NCBI RefSeq assembly: GCF_006345805.1
Contig: NC_043012.1
Location: 11,160,001 to 11,224,000 of the forward strand
Length of the DNA: 64,000 nucleotides
Source: Octopus sinensis
Taxonomy: Eukaryota
Direction: 5' to 3'
The notes below the pieces were generated by a model, which made no database searches, was not told the origin of the DNA, and saw only the letters and a list, made by a program, of their open reading frames with translations. Positions 27,951 through 41,120 of this stretch are shown one piece after another. The stretch's first letter is position 1, and every line of letters starts with the position of its first letter. The position numbers were made by a program, and so were the translations under genes.

Positions 27951-28856
27951 TACCTATGGGAGAAGGCGGAGAAGGAGGAGGGAGAGTATTTATGGGAGGA
28001 GTTATAGCAATGAGAAAATTAGTTTTGTTTAATTATATTTTGTGCTAATAAATATTTTTCTTTTGAAAATTGGTATTCATTTCCTCATTTTGTATAAGCA
28101 CCAAGAAATTTAGGAGTTACATCACAGCTATTGTGTGTATGCAATATTTCCCGATGTTCCTCATGGTGACAAAAATATATTTCGAAAGTTATCCGTCATA
28201 TGAGGGAGGGATCACAAACTACTAAAAAAAAGTAATGTATTTTGTTTTTATAAATAAATTTAATGTTTAATTAATTGATTATATATTTTCTTTCACCAGC
28301 TCTAATATTCAATTATATTCTACTCAGTTTTGGTTTCCTCACTAATTCTTTTACTTCAATGATAAGGTCAAAATAAGATTGAAACTTGTGTAGAATTGTC
28401 TCCCTTTCTCACAAAATAAAAACATTATTATTCGGACAAACAACATAAATATTCTTCTTCAGATATATATATATATTTGTTTTTAGATTTAGTTTAACGC
28501 TGTATGCCGAGTAAATCTGTTTCTTACTAGGAAAATACAGAAGATATAGAAAATACTTACAATCACTTAAATTTTACTTTTTCTTAGAATGGTGTGTGAG
28601 TATTGTGATTTTTAAATCATTCTATACTCATACTACAAATAAATACTACGATAAACAATACTGTACATTATAGTTAGTTAAACTTAGTTATACAGTCTTC
28701 ACTAATTCGGCAAGTAAAGTGTAGCCAATCTTTTTTACTAATGAGGTCAGAATAATCCGGAATATGACTGAGTTGTCTCTAGTATTTACTGTAGAATAAT
28801 ATTCATAGTTTACGTTTGTCATTTCATTTTTTTTTCTTTTTACTTACTTGGCTTAG

Positions 28857-28896
28857 AAGAAGGTGCGGTACCCATGGCCTCCGTGAGAAATTCCAG
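28857..28896 (+). CDS. Candidate coding exon 2 (xRRCGTHGLREKFQ)
   Basis: Long polypyrimidine tract ending TTAG| at 28856; donor CAG|GTTGAT. Phase 2 to 0, compatible with both neighbouring candidate exons. Confidence 0.5.
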
Positions 28897-28908
28897 GTTG
28901 ATGACACT

Positions 28909-29139
28909 TATTTCTTTATTACCCACAAGGGGCTAAACACAGAGAGAACAAACAAGGACAGACAAAAGGATTAAGTCGATTATATCGACCCCAGTGCGTA
29001 ACTGGTCCTTAATTTATGGACCCCGAAAGGATGAAAGGCAAAGTCGACCTCGGTGGAATTTGAACTCAGAACGTAACGGTAGACGAAATACCGCTAAGAA
29101 TTTCGCCCGACGTGCTAACGATTCTGCCAGCTCGCCGCC
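28909..29139 (-). mobile_element. SINE-C monomer
   Basis: Full head-to-tail match to the copy at 56240. Confidence 0.9.
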
Positions 29140-29811
29140 TTCAAATCAATTCCAGGCTGATGACACTGGCGTTGTTAATGTTCCTCTTAAACTATCGCAA
29201 GTTAACCCTTGCTGGAATTCCAAGGGAATGACTACTAGGTAGGAGGAAATAGGTCTATGGATTAGTATAGGCCTTGAGAAAAGATAAACAAGACAGGTGT
29301 ATCAGAGGGGGTCGCAACGAAACCCCGACATCACCAAGGGGCAGAGCCCATTATAGGAGCGATAAATAAAGCAGAGAGAGGAGACATAGCAAGCTTGTAG
29401 GTCAGAGGCTGGATTGTGTCTGTCAGTGATTTTAGGCCTGTCACTCGGGAGTCCCTTTCCTGGCTACTGTCTGAGACGTCTTGTTAGCTTCTTAAAGACA
29501 TTACATACATGTGTCAACACTAATTTAACTGCCTGTCTATCTGCCTGATTATATCTCTCTCTGGGTGTCACTCCATATTTTTGTCTAGCTGCCTTGTTAA
29601 CACTTCATACGTTAAATATGTAAACACTAAAAGAAATACTTGTCTGTCTTTCACTGTTTCAGTACAAATTAATGTCTAGTTAATCAGTTAACACCAACCA
29701 AAATATTGTTTTGTTTCTCGCCTGTGAATTAAGATATTTTCTCTTTTACTCAGAATATAAGATGGTGGTTTGAATTTACTGGCGTCAATGATCGAAGATT
29801 TTCTATCAATA

Positions 29812-30196
29812 CTCTCTTACTCTTTTACTCTTTTACTTGTTTCAGTCATTTGACTGTGGCCACGCTGGAGCACTGCCTTTAGTCGAGCAAATCGACCCCA
29901 GGACTTATTCTTTGTAAGCCTAGTACTTATTCTATCGGTCTCTTTTGTCGAACCGCTAAGTTCAGGATCGGTTGTCAAGCGATGTTGGGGGGGACAAACG
30001 CAGACACACAAACATATACACACACATATATGTATACATATATACGACGGGCTTCTTTCAGTTTCCGTCCACCAAATCCACTCACAAGGCTTTGGTCGGC
30101 CCGAGGCTATAGTAGAAGACACTTGCCCAAGGTGCCACGTAGTGAGACTGAACCCGGAACCATGTGGTTCGTAATGAAGGTACTTACTACACAGCC
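29812..30196 (-). mobile_element. SINE-A
   Basis: (TACTCTT)n tail, 3' module, internal microsatellite, head. Confidence 0.9.
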
Positions 30197-30484
30197 AAGC
30201 TTTATATATTTTTTTATGGATTTCTAAAACATCGGTTCTTTCTGTTGACCCAAAAGCTATTGATGTAGTGTTCGGTGTGTTTATTTTATCGTCGTCTGAG
30301 GAGATTAAAACCAAAGCTGTTTCCCGATGGGATTTGAACCGAATATACTACGTTGGTAAACATTGTATGGAATCAAAATCTGAATTTGGGGTGGCCGCGG
30401 GTGGGACAAAGCTGTCCCCGGTTGCAATACTTAGATAACACGGAAATTAGTCGAACTCAGTAAGTTAGTGTTAGCATTAATAAT

Positions 30485-30695
30485 CCTTTCTACTAAATGT
30501 ACAAGTCCTGAAATTTTGGAGGAAGGGACCAGTCTATTACATCGACCCCAATGTTTCACTCGGACATAAATTCATCGACCCCAAAAGGATGAAAGGAAAA
30601 GTCGACTTTGGCGGAATTTGAACCCGGAACGTAAGGACGACGAAATGCCGCCAAGCATTTTGCCCGGCGTACTAACGATTCTGCTAGCTTGCCGT
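30485..30695 (-). mobile_element. SINE-C variant
   Basis: Conserved body and alternative tail. Confidence 0.8.
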
Positions 30696-31280
30696 CATAA
30701 TAATGCGTGAACCATTAAGATAGAAGTCATTAAAATGTCAACATGCCAATGTGTGGACCATTAAATAACTAACATCTATGGATTTATGGATCGTTAAATA
30801 TTAACACATGTAATGGCGTGCGTAATAAAAAGATTAATATCTTTAATGCGAGGATCGTAGAGAATTGATATATTTAATTGTGGATCATCTTTACACCTTT
30901 AACGAATGAGGATTTAAAAAGATTAACGTCTTTACTATAAAAACGTTAACATCTTTTATGCGTTCCATAGAAAGTTTAACATCTTTAATGAAAAAGCTTT
31001 AAAACAATGAATATCTTTAATGCATGTATCATTAAAATATTTATATCTCTGAGTTATGAATCATTAAGAAATAAACATATTAAAGACCATGAAAATTATA
31101 TTCTTAATGTGTGTACCGTAGACATTTGTAATGCATGGGCCATTAGGAACGGAACATATTGATTCATTTTAATGTTCTTTGAAGAGTTGACTAGAAATAA
31201 TTATTCGGTGAGAATAACAAATATAATTGATTATTACTAATTATGTTCTTCCGGCAAATACAGGAGGCACTTCCTCGTAT

Positions 31281-31687
31281 ACTCTTTACGCTTTTACTTG
31301 TTTCAGTCATTTGACTGCGACCATGCTGGAGCACCGCCTTTTAATCGAGCAAATCGACCCCGGGACTTATTCTTTTGTAAGCCCAGTACTTATTCTATCG
31401 GTCTCTTTTGCCGAACCGCTAAGTAACGGGGACATAAACACACCAGCATCGGTTGTCAAGCAATGCTAGGGGGACAAACGCAGACACACAAACACACGCA
31501 CGCATATATATATGTACATATATACGACGGGCTTCTTTCAGTTTCCGTCTACCAAATCCACTCACAAGGCTTTGGTCGGCCCGAGGCTATAGTAGAAGAC
31601 ACTTGGCCAAGGTGCCACGCAGTAGGACTGAACCTGGAACCATGTGGTTGGTAAACAAGCTACTTACCACACAGCCACTCCTGCGCC
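31281..31687 (-). mobile_element. SINE-A full copy
   Basis: Complete architecture. Confidence 0.92.
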
Positions 31688-31925
31688 TATGTTTAGGTCT
31701 TATATTATAAATCAGTGAAAGCACACCATTCTAAGAAAGTGGTGAATCGCTAAATGGTTTTGAGCGACGGCAATGTAAGAACTGGTCCATGAACTGATCC
31801 TTGCGGCCGTCTGGTCGGTCTCTGAGTTCAAATCTAACTGGGGCCAACTTTGCTTTGGTAATTTCAGGGTCCATAGATATTGTACCAGTTAAATGCTAAG
31901 ATCGATTTTTTTTTATCTTTCTCAG

Positions 31926-32060
31926 GCAGAATTGGATGCAGTTTGGTTAGGAGAGGAATGGTCCCTGCTAAATCTAAAAGATGCCCCAGACACGCCGCCG
32001 GATTTCACGACGGCGCCCTACGCCTCGGTCTATGAGTTGGGGGCCTCAGGCAGAGCATAC
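31926..32060 (+). CDS. Candidate coding exon 3 (AELDAVWLGEEWSLLNLKDAPDTPPDFTTAPYASVYELGASGRAY)
   Basis: Strong acceptor T9ATCTTTCTCAG| at 31925; GC-richer, high-complexity open frame at phase 0. The donor is ambiguous (after 32060 GTATTT or after 32072 GTATGA). Confidence 0.55.
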
Positions 32061-32929
32061 GTATTTATCTATGTATGAGTGTGTGTGTGTGTGTGTGTGT
32101 GTATCTGCTGGTATCAGGAAAAGATGAAGGCTGAGTGTTATTTGAATTTAGACGGCCATTAAAAAGGAATAAAAAGAAGAGTGTTTTGTGAAAAGTAGGA
32201 AACACGAACGAAAAGCAAAAAAAGCGGTCGGGTGGAATTAATTTCTTAAGTGTTTGCGGAGTGGAAGGTGGAGTCGTCATTTATACAGGTCTGAAGGGGC
32301 CTTTTCTCTCCTCTACTTACGTGTTTGTTTGTTTGTTTAGTTAGTTTTGTTTACATTATGTTTATTCATTTATTTAACGATAACAGCCAAAAGGAGGAGG
32401 AGGAAAAAAAGTACGCGGGAACTAGGAACAGGGTGGCACTTGTGTAAAGAGAAAGAAAATCTAGCACCAGGATGTTTGTCTTGTACAAATAGATTGTGTG
32501 TATCTGTAACATGATATATTGCTTCTCTCTCTTCCTCTCTCTCTCTCTCTCCCCGACTTTCTCTCTCACTCCCTCTCTGCCTGCCTGTCTGGCGATTTAT
32601 CCCGCCCTCTCTTTTTGCTATATGTAACATAGGTTAACGCGATTGTACGCCAGTACATGTATATGCATACATAAGTACACGTGTATATATATATATATAT
32701 ATATATATATGCATACACACACACACATATATATATATATATATTATATATATATGCATATAAAGTAACAGACCAAGAAAAAGAATTCCTCCAAAGCGGT
32801 CTGTAAAACATCCAATTCACTGGTACGTCAGTTGAATACCACATAAATATGGGTATAATTCAGGATTTATTCCATTTCAATCACAGATTTTTAAAATTAT
32901 TATTTTTAACTAAACAGTTTGAGACTTCG

Positions 32930-33590
32930 AATACTCTGAACAGTTTTGACAAAATTTCGGACTTTACAAGTTATTTCGTGTTAAAGTTGTCGTATTTGGG
33001 TGATTTCAACCAATCAACGACGTGTATTCGGCTGAAGAAAGCTTCTGCTGTTTGCGATAGTAATCGAAGAGGACCAACTTCCGGGTGCCTTATTTTACAA
33101 CATGAGATGTATTGTTATTGTCATGATTTTATCTTGCTATAATCAACAGCAAACACATTTCGTCAATATAAAATCTTTATTAGATAAAAAAAAAACTACA
33201 TTATCAAAACATGGAAGTAAAACAAAACAAATAGCGGCTTATACACCGGCAAATACGGTAATTGTAGTGGCAGTGACAAGTTCGCTCGCTGTTTGCTAGT
33301 TGATAGTGTAGAAGGAAGAGCAAGAGTAAGGAATGCACGGTGCTGACTAGAAAGGAAGACAGGATAAAGGTAGCATCGTCTTCGCACAACATACGAATAG
33401 AAAAGAGTAGTGACACTTAGTAGAGATAACCTGTAAGTTGTTCCTCTTCGATTACTATCGTAAACAGCAGTAGCTTTCTTCAACCGAATACACGTTGTTG
33501 ATTGGTTGAAATTAGCCAAATACGACAACTTCAACACGAAATAACTTCTAAAATACAAAATTGGTCAAAAACGTTCAGAGTAAACTGTAC
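32930..33590. mobile_element. MITE-like element with ~155-bp imperfect inverted ends
   Basis: 32930-33085 is the reverse complement of 33430-33590 (ORFs 32849+ and 33196- share YFVLKLSYL..FNQSTTCIRLKKA). Exact termini and TSD were not resolved. Confidence 0.7.
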
Positions 33591-33974
33591 TCTACGTGGA
33601 CAATCCAATAATTATTGGATTGTCAATTGTATCTATATATTTAGTTTATTGTTCGCCCCCTCATACCGTCTGGTTTAGCAGCCCTCTCCCTGTCCCGCTT
33701 TTCTTACGAACTTTGACCCTCTGCAAAATCCCGAATTTTATTTAGGTTTGCGGGAGCAACTGTTTCCTCGAAGGCACATATTGTCGTGAATTGCTCGAAA
33801 GGTGAAGTAGAAAAACAGTCGACAACTGATGAAGGGTCGTTCTTTATGTTACTTGTCCTGTTTTCCATTTGTTTCTCTCGTTGGGCGCCCAAAAATGCAT
33901 GTCTTCGTATTTCGTATTGCTTTTCGTATTTCGGATTTCATGTTGTTTGTTTTGTGACGTTCTGTTCCCATATA

Positions 33975-34014
<40 letters not shown>

Positions 34015-34027
34015 GTCATTATGTACA

Positions 34028-34131
<104 letters not shown>

Positions 34132-34429
34132 ATATTATATATATATATGCATATATGTATATATGACTATATATTTTTTATTTATATATTAATTGATTGA
34201 ACGCCACGCATCCATTTTCAAGTAAGTTTATCTTATATATATATATATATATATATATATGTTTATTCAGTATATGTGTGTGTGTATGAATGTATAATAG
34301 GAATGCATGTATGTATAATAGCGATGCATATACACACACACACACACACACACTCTCTCTCTCATACACAGACGCACGCACACATACTCACATATACATG
34401 TATGTATAAGTATGCATCTATAGAGAAAT

Positions 34430-34467
<38 letters not shown>

Positions 34468-34942
34468 GAGAGAGTGGCAGAGAGAGAGAGAGAAAGGAGG
34501 AGAGAGAGGAAGAGAGAGAGGGTGAGGTAGGGAACGAGGTTTAACTAAGCGTGTGCTGTGAAGGCGTGTGTAAGATGCTGAGAGGAAAAGCGATGGATGA
34601 CAAAAAGTAACAGAACTTCTCTGAGTAACAGGAAAAGTAATAGAGTTTGGACTTATAGCAGAACGGTGTCACTTGAGAAGTGTTGACGATGGACATTTTC
34701 ATCGACAACCCAACCCGTCTTATCCAGTCTCTCTCCTCTCAGTTTTCTTCTTCTCTCTTATCAGCTGTAACAGTCACCGTCTGACCCAAGATACAACAGT
34801 CTCTACAGCCTCACACACACATTCTCTCTCTCTCTCTCTCAGACACACCCTCCCTCCTTCCGCTCTCTCCCACTCTTCCACACAGAGATGTTTTACGTAT
34901 TGAGCCGGAAATAACAAATGTTATGACCATTCCCATTTGATG

Positions 34943-35009
<67 letters not shown>

Positions 35010-35021
35010 GAATAATAATAA

Positions 35022-35252
35022 TGTTGGGGAGACAAACACAGACACACAGACACACACACACGCACACACACACACATATATATATATATACGACGGGCCT
35101 CTTTCAGTTTCCGTCTACCAAATCCACTCAAAAGGCTTTGGTCGGCCCGAGGCTATAGTAGAAGACCCTTGCCCAAGGTTCCACGCAGTGGGACTGACCG
35201 GGAATCATGTTGTTGGTAAGCAAGCTACTTACCACACAGCCACTCCTGCGCC
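35022..35252 (-). mobile_element. SINE-A head plus internal microsatellite (3' module truncated)
   Basis: Head match. Confidence 0.85.
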
Positions 35253-35966
35253 TATCTGAACTCAGAACGTAAAGAGTTGTAGCTAAATGCCGCTTGGTAT
35301 TTTGTTCGATGCCCTAACGATTCTACAATACTAGTCCGGTATATCTAGACAGCTGCATTAACTTGGTGAAAAACACATCGATCCCACCCGAAAGTTTCCC
35401 CATTCCCCCATTCGACAGATTTTCCCTTCATCTCGCCCCACCACTGGACAATTCCCTTATCTCCAAACAGCTGTCAACTTAATGTATATTTCTGTTTCTT
35501 TGACTTCACCAAGCTCGCCCACCCCACCTCAGTTGTATATATACCAGCCGACGCTCACTCAAGTTCCCAAAGGGTTAGTATAGTCGAATGTTACCTCTCC
35601 TAAAATTCGAAGCCTTGTGACTATGTTTAAAAAATAACCTATATTGATGGATCGATTATTTTGTGTAAGCGGAGGAAGGGGTCACAATTACGCTTATTGT
35701 TGTGGTCACATAATAGTTTTATTTTTAGGGAGTCGGTGGAAAGTAACGATTGATATTCAAAATTATGTGTGAAGGAGAGGGGAACGGGACTTAATGAGAG
35801 TCAATGTACAATGAAATATGACGTCACGAAATCACATGCGCGGTGAGTGGGCAGAATGTTATTTTCTTTGAGGAAAACACCATAAAACTGAGGTTTCATG
35901 CGAAAATGGACGAAGGAAAATAAACACAAAGCGATCGAGTTTACAAATTTTCATCCTAAAAGTAAG

Positions 35967-36044
<78 letters not shown>

Positions 36045-37527
36045 GTTACACAGGCACGTATACATGTATGTATGTATGTATGTATGTATGTTTGCATGTA
36101 TGTGCATGCATATATACATACAAACATTCATATATATATATATATATACACTATATATATATATACATATACATAGATACATGCATTCATACATACATAC
36201 ATACATACATTACATACATACATACATACATACATCCATACATACATACATCCATACATACATACATACATACATACACACATACATACATACATACACA
36301 CATACATACATACATACATGCATACATACATACATACATGCATACATACATACATGCATATAAAACACTGTGACGTCGTTATGATGTAAGTTCAATTTAT
36401 GGCATTGATCACGATCAAAGAGTTTGACAGGAAAAGCAAAAAAAAAAAAAGGAAAAGAAAAACGCGCGACAGCAAAAATATAAATGAAATGCGCTTATGA
36501 ATGTCTCTTTATTTCCTATTCAATAGTCGTCATGTAGAATAGAAATTTTTCTTTTTTTTCCAATCTTTGATTCTTATTTTGTTTTATCGTGTTTTGAAAC
36601 GAAAGCAAAGCGTTTACCAAAATATTTTCATTTCCCCCGCCCCTTTCTCTTTTGTTAATTCATTTATTTACCATTTAAGGTGATTATAAAACATTTTAAG
36701 AAACAAACTATATAAATCCAAAAAAATAAGTATTCATATCTACTTTATATATATATAAAAAAAACCGAATATTATGGGAAAACTTCATAAAAAATCGTTA
36801 TTTTTTATGCTTTTAAGATGGCGCATGTTTAAATGGTTACCTGTCAATATAATGGCTTCTGATATATACACAAGGTCAAATATTTCTGGGTGTGGGGCTA
36901 GTATGGGACGTAATCGATAAAAATGATACCTGTACTTATTTCATCGAGTGATATCGATTGATAGAAGAGATTATTTGTATTTTACGCCACTGATAACAAA
37001 ATGAGGCTGAAATAAGTGACAGCCCAGTAAACGGCGTTGACTGACTTATAAAAGTGATTATATTGATAATATCGATTTCTTATATAGGTTGAAGGCTTCA
37101 GAAATTGGGGATGGGGAAGCAGCAATTGTTTTTACCAATCTCATTACTTGAAAACCTGCTTCGTGTTTACCGGCTGAAAAGGTCAGAGTTTATCATGATA
37201 TTCCCAGCATTTAAGCTCCCCATCACCTCAACAGGACGCCAGTACGCCACAGGGTTAACCACCAAGTGACACTTGCCTGAATATATTGGAAATGAAGTGC
37301 CTTGCTTAATGACTGAAAATGGAACGCACAAGACCCCGGTCCGGTGATCGAACCCACAACTTTCTGATTGTGAATCCATTATCTTAACCACTATGCCACG
37401 GGTTTTTATTGATGCTTTATTTTATCGAACACGTTAGGTGGAATTTAAAACCAGAACGTAGAAAGATACATCTAAGTACCGCAAGAATTTCGCCCGGTAT
37501 TTATCCGGTCCTGCCAATACATTCGTC

Positions 37528-37575
<48 letters not shown>

Positions 37576-37576
<1 letters not shown>

Positions 37577-37890
37577 TGAAGGGACTGATTGCTACCTAAC
37601 TCAGATACCAGGAAACCCCAAAATGGCAGAAATTCAAAAGATAGTGCTTATGGGAACTGCTCATATCCTACGCAAAATACTCTCTATGTTATCTCAAGGT
37701 TTAAAACAAACTTTTTTGTTTTTAATTTATTTATTAGACATTCACTAGTACAACACCAAAAAAAACCCCCCAAATATATGGCACACTAGGCATAACAACA
37801 ACGTGAACTTCCAGCCTGTTGTCTCTTGAGGTCTCTGGGTGAGACTTGGAGCCAACTTGTACAAATATAAAGCAAAAGTCAAACATAGAA
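37576..37890 (+). mobile_element. R4/Dong-like LINE 3' end embedded in (AAT)n
   Basis: YLTQIPGNPKMAEIQKIVLMGTAHILRKILS, then a 3' UTR; (AAT)n on both sides. Confidence 0.85.
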
Positions 37891-37900
37891 TAATAATAAT

Positions 37901-38250
37901 AAATGTCTCGATGCAGTATTAGGCAGTGGCTCTCGCGGCTTCTGATCTTAACTGATTGGAAGTGTTATCATGTACATTGTTTTGTCTTGGTATAAAAGAT
38001 GGGCTACAGCAAATATTCTGCTCAATGCCACAGATTTGCTTGTCAGCTGTTTGACGTTAACCAGTTGAACGTGTCCCTTAGTGGCTGACGATATGTGCAT
38101 CTCTGATCGCAAGCAGAAATAGTAGGGGAGCATCATAGTCATGTGTTGAGAGGGATTCTTCGGAGTTTGAATAATTCACATCTGGAAACATGGGTGTTTC
38201 GTTCAACTTCCTTAAACAACCCTTATTCAGGGACCTTTTGATTGGTGATT
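37901..38250 (+). mobile_element. Family H non-coding element starting directly after (AAT)n
   Basis: High similarity to 61989-62290. Confidence 0.75.
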
Positions 38251-38355
38251 GGCGCTTTTCTACAGCATTAGAGCGTTAACTACAGCATTAGAACTTTTTA
38301 GCTCTTATTTCTAGCAGTGTAGGTCTAACACCCTAGTCGCATTTAGTGACACTTG

Positions 38356-38422
<67 letters not shown>

Positions 38423-38498
38423 TATTATATATATAATTTTTTTCCGTAATGAGATGAAAAAACCAAGACTGTGTAGATTTTAGAACATTTATAAATAG

Positions 38499-38546
38499 GT
38501 CTTACAGCTGTTTCTAGGATATTTATTATATCCCTTCATCGGAGAC
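38499..38546 (-). ncRNA. Type I hammerhead ribozyme motif, U4C variant
   Basis: Minus strand: GTCT-CCGATGA-A-GGGATAT-aataa-ATATCCT-A-GAAA-CAGCTG-TA-AGAC. All three stems close; palindromic stem III; triplet GUA. Confidence 0.7.
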
Positions 38547-38748
38547 GGTGTGAGAAGATGGTTAAGCAATAGTTAGTTTAAATAAGATACAAAATAGAGA
38601 GTGAGGCGGAGGAACGAAAGTAGATGTGAGATATGCAGAGATATTGTATCTGTTGCTTCATTATGTAGGCAGAATGGTATACATACAAGATTCCAATACC
38701 TTATGAGTAAAATCCAATAATATTTCAAATTGGTCATTCCAAGTATAG

Positions 38749-38892
<144 letters not shown>

Positions 38893-39214
38893 TAAAGTTT
38901 ATATGTATGCATCACTTTTTCTCTCATCGCTCTCTCTAATCATGTGTATGTGTTTGTGTGTGTGTGTCTGTGTGTATTTGTGTGTGTGTATGTGTGTGTG
39001 TGTGTGTGTATGTGTGTATGTGTGTGTAAAAATATATATCAGTTAAATATAACAAACAAGTCTGGCTGCAGGCTGAACTCCGGTAAAGATATTTAAGACT
39101 ACATCACCTGCTACCAAACAGGATGATGCTAAATGTTGAATGACAAAAGTGAGAAATGTTGACCTAAATCGAAAGATCAGTAAATTAGTGTGTCTATCTA
39201 TATTCATCTTACAT

Positions 39215-39880
39215 CGCTTTTAAAATTCACCCATGGCTTGATCCTGTACCCTCCGTTCCCTACAAAAATCACGCTCGCATCACATCATAGCTCTAAGACA
39301 AATCTATTTCACCTCAACTGGCACTGCTGTTGCTGTTGAGCGTAGCGGCCTTCATCCTAGTGGGAGAAGTCCGAAACATGGTCCTTTGCTATTCGTAAGA
39401 CCCGCAGAAGAGAAAGCAGGTCAACCCCCGACACCGAGAGCATCGACGGATGGATGAATGCGCATCCAGGGCTCAGCGGTTGCGTAGGAAGTCAGGGACA
39501 AGAAACAGGAAGAAAGAGTGAGAGAAAGTTGGAGCGAAAGAGTACAACAGGGGTCGCCACCACCCCCTGCCGGAGCCTCGGGGAGCTTTAGGTGTTTTCG
39601 CTCAATAAACACACACAACGCCCGGTCTGGGAATCGAAACCATGATCCTCCGACCACGAGTCCGCTGCCCTAACCATTGGGCCATTGTGCCTCCCGGCAC
39701 TGCTGTCTTTAATATCCTGCCAAGATACATAAGAGAAGAAAAATATCTCAGAACATTCAGACGGTTCCTGGACGAATATCTCCAACAAACTCCAGATAAA
39801 CCACTTACACCTAGGTATATCTCTGCAAACAATAACTCTCTACTCGATGGGGCTATGGTGTGCAAAGAAGGACTGCAATA
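39215..39880 (+). mobile_element. CR1-like LINE 3' fragment interrupted by SINE-D
   Basis: After removing the SINE it reads IALRQIYFTSTGTAVFNILPRYIREEKYLRTFRRFLDEYLQQTPDKPLTPRYISANNNSLLD, a CR1 C-terminal pattern. Confidence 0.7.
39331..39695 (-). mobile_element. SINE-D with tail a
   Basis: 11-bp TSD GGCACTGCTGT at 39320-30 and 39696-706. Confidence 0.92.
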
Positions 39881-40270
39881 TGAAACATCATTAAATATCT
39901 TTTCTAGTTGGAGCCATTAAGTTAGTCATGGCTTGGATCACTTCTGGCCGAAACTTTTCTAAATATTCTAATTATTCTAAGTATTACGAATTATACTAGA
40001 CCTAGAAACATTCTATCCACCTGGAATATATTTTGTACATATAAATTGTCACACATACATATCGAAATTTCCCAGTAGTGCAAACTGGCTTCTTCCGTTT
40101 ACTGGTTTTCATATTTCTTTGGCTCAATTTCATTTGTCCTTAAGACAGTTTTGAGGATTTTGTGCTAGACGGAAAAAAAAATACGTGTATACAATATTAG
40201 AAAGGGAAGGGTAGTAAAGCTCCAATTCTTAAATGGACTATTAGTCCAAAAATTTGTAAAACTCAAGTAA

Positions 40271-40860
40271 GGCGAAGGAGTGGCTGTGTGGTAAGTAGCT
40301 TGCTAACCAACCACATGGTTCCGGGATCAGTCCTACTGCGTGGCATCTTGGGCAAGTGTCTTCTGCTATAGCCCCGGGCCGACCAATGCCTTGTGAGTGG
40401 ATTTGGTAGACGGAAACTGAAAGAAGCCTGTCGTATATATGTATATATATATATATATATATATCTCTATATATAACGGCAGTTGTCTGTGCGTGTTTCT
40501 GTGTGTCTGTTGCTTGTACCCTCACCCTGACCACGGCTTTCAAACCGATTCTGATGAAACTTGACACACCAATAGCCCAATGCATAATTCAAAACTAACG
40601 CAGCGAAAATTTTGAAAAGTCCCCGTTCTGAAAAAAATCGATAAATTCGACTGGGGGTCGAGAATCAGGAACACACAAACTGTGTAGGGGACGCAACTCC
40701 ACCTTTTTTAAACTATCAAAAAATATTTACCATCATTTTTTTCCATCTTTTTGCTATTTTTGGCTATAACTCTCTAAAAATGCTTTATAGTTATTTCCCT
40801 TACAAACCTGAGGCAACGCCGGGCGATACTGCTAGTATATATATATATTATATATATATA

Positions 40861-40896
<36 letters not shown>

Positions 40897-41120
40897 ATGT
40901 GTTTTGTGTGTCTGTGTTTGTCCCCCTAGCATTGCTTGACAACCGATGCTGGTGTTTTACGTCCCCGTCACTTAGCGGTTCGGCAAAAGAGGCCGATAGA
41001 ATAGTACGGGCTTACAAAGAATAAGTCCCGGGGTCGATTTGCTCGACTAAAAGGCGGTGCTCCAGCATGGCCGCAGTCAAATGACTGAAACAAGTAAAAG
41101 AGTAAAAGAGAGAAAAAGAG
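40271..41120 (+). mobile_element. SINE-A with a Helitron nested in its internal (TA)n
   Basis: Head at 40271-40435; 3' module at about 40900-41120. Confidence 0.88.
40464..40835 (+). mobile_element. Non-autonomous Helitron-like element
   Basis: 5' TC start, 3' imperfect GC-rich hairpin (CCTGAGGCAACGCCGGG) then CTAG, no TSD, A|T context. Confidence 0.7.

Noticed and set aside
27671-28048. Poly-His/poly-Pro ORFs resembling formin or WASP proline tracts
   Set aside because: Pure (CCA)n repeat open in several frames, with no flanking domain or convincing splice sites.
40553-40560. Other CTGATGA/CTGAAGA/CTGACGA hits (about 15476, 16757, 29157, 40553, 45082, 46930, 52915)
   Set aside because: No correctly placed stem II plus GAAA, or they fall inside transposase/RT coding remnants.
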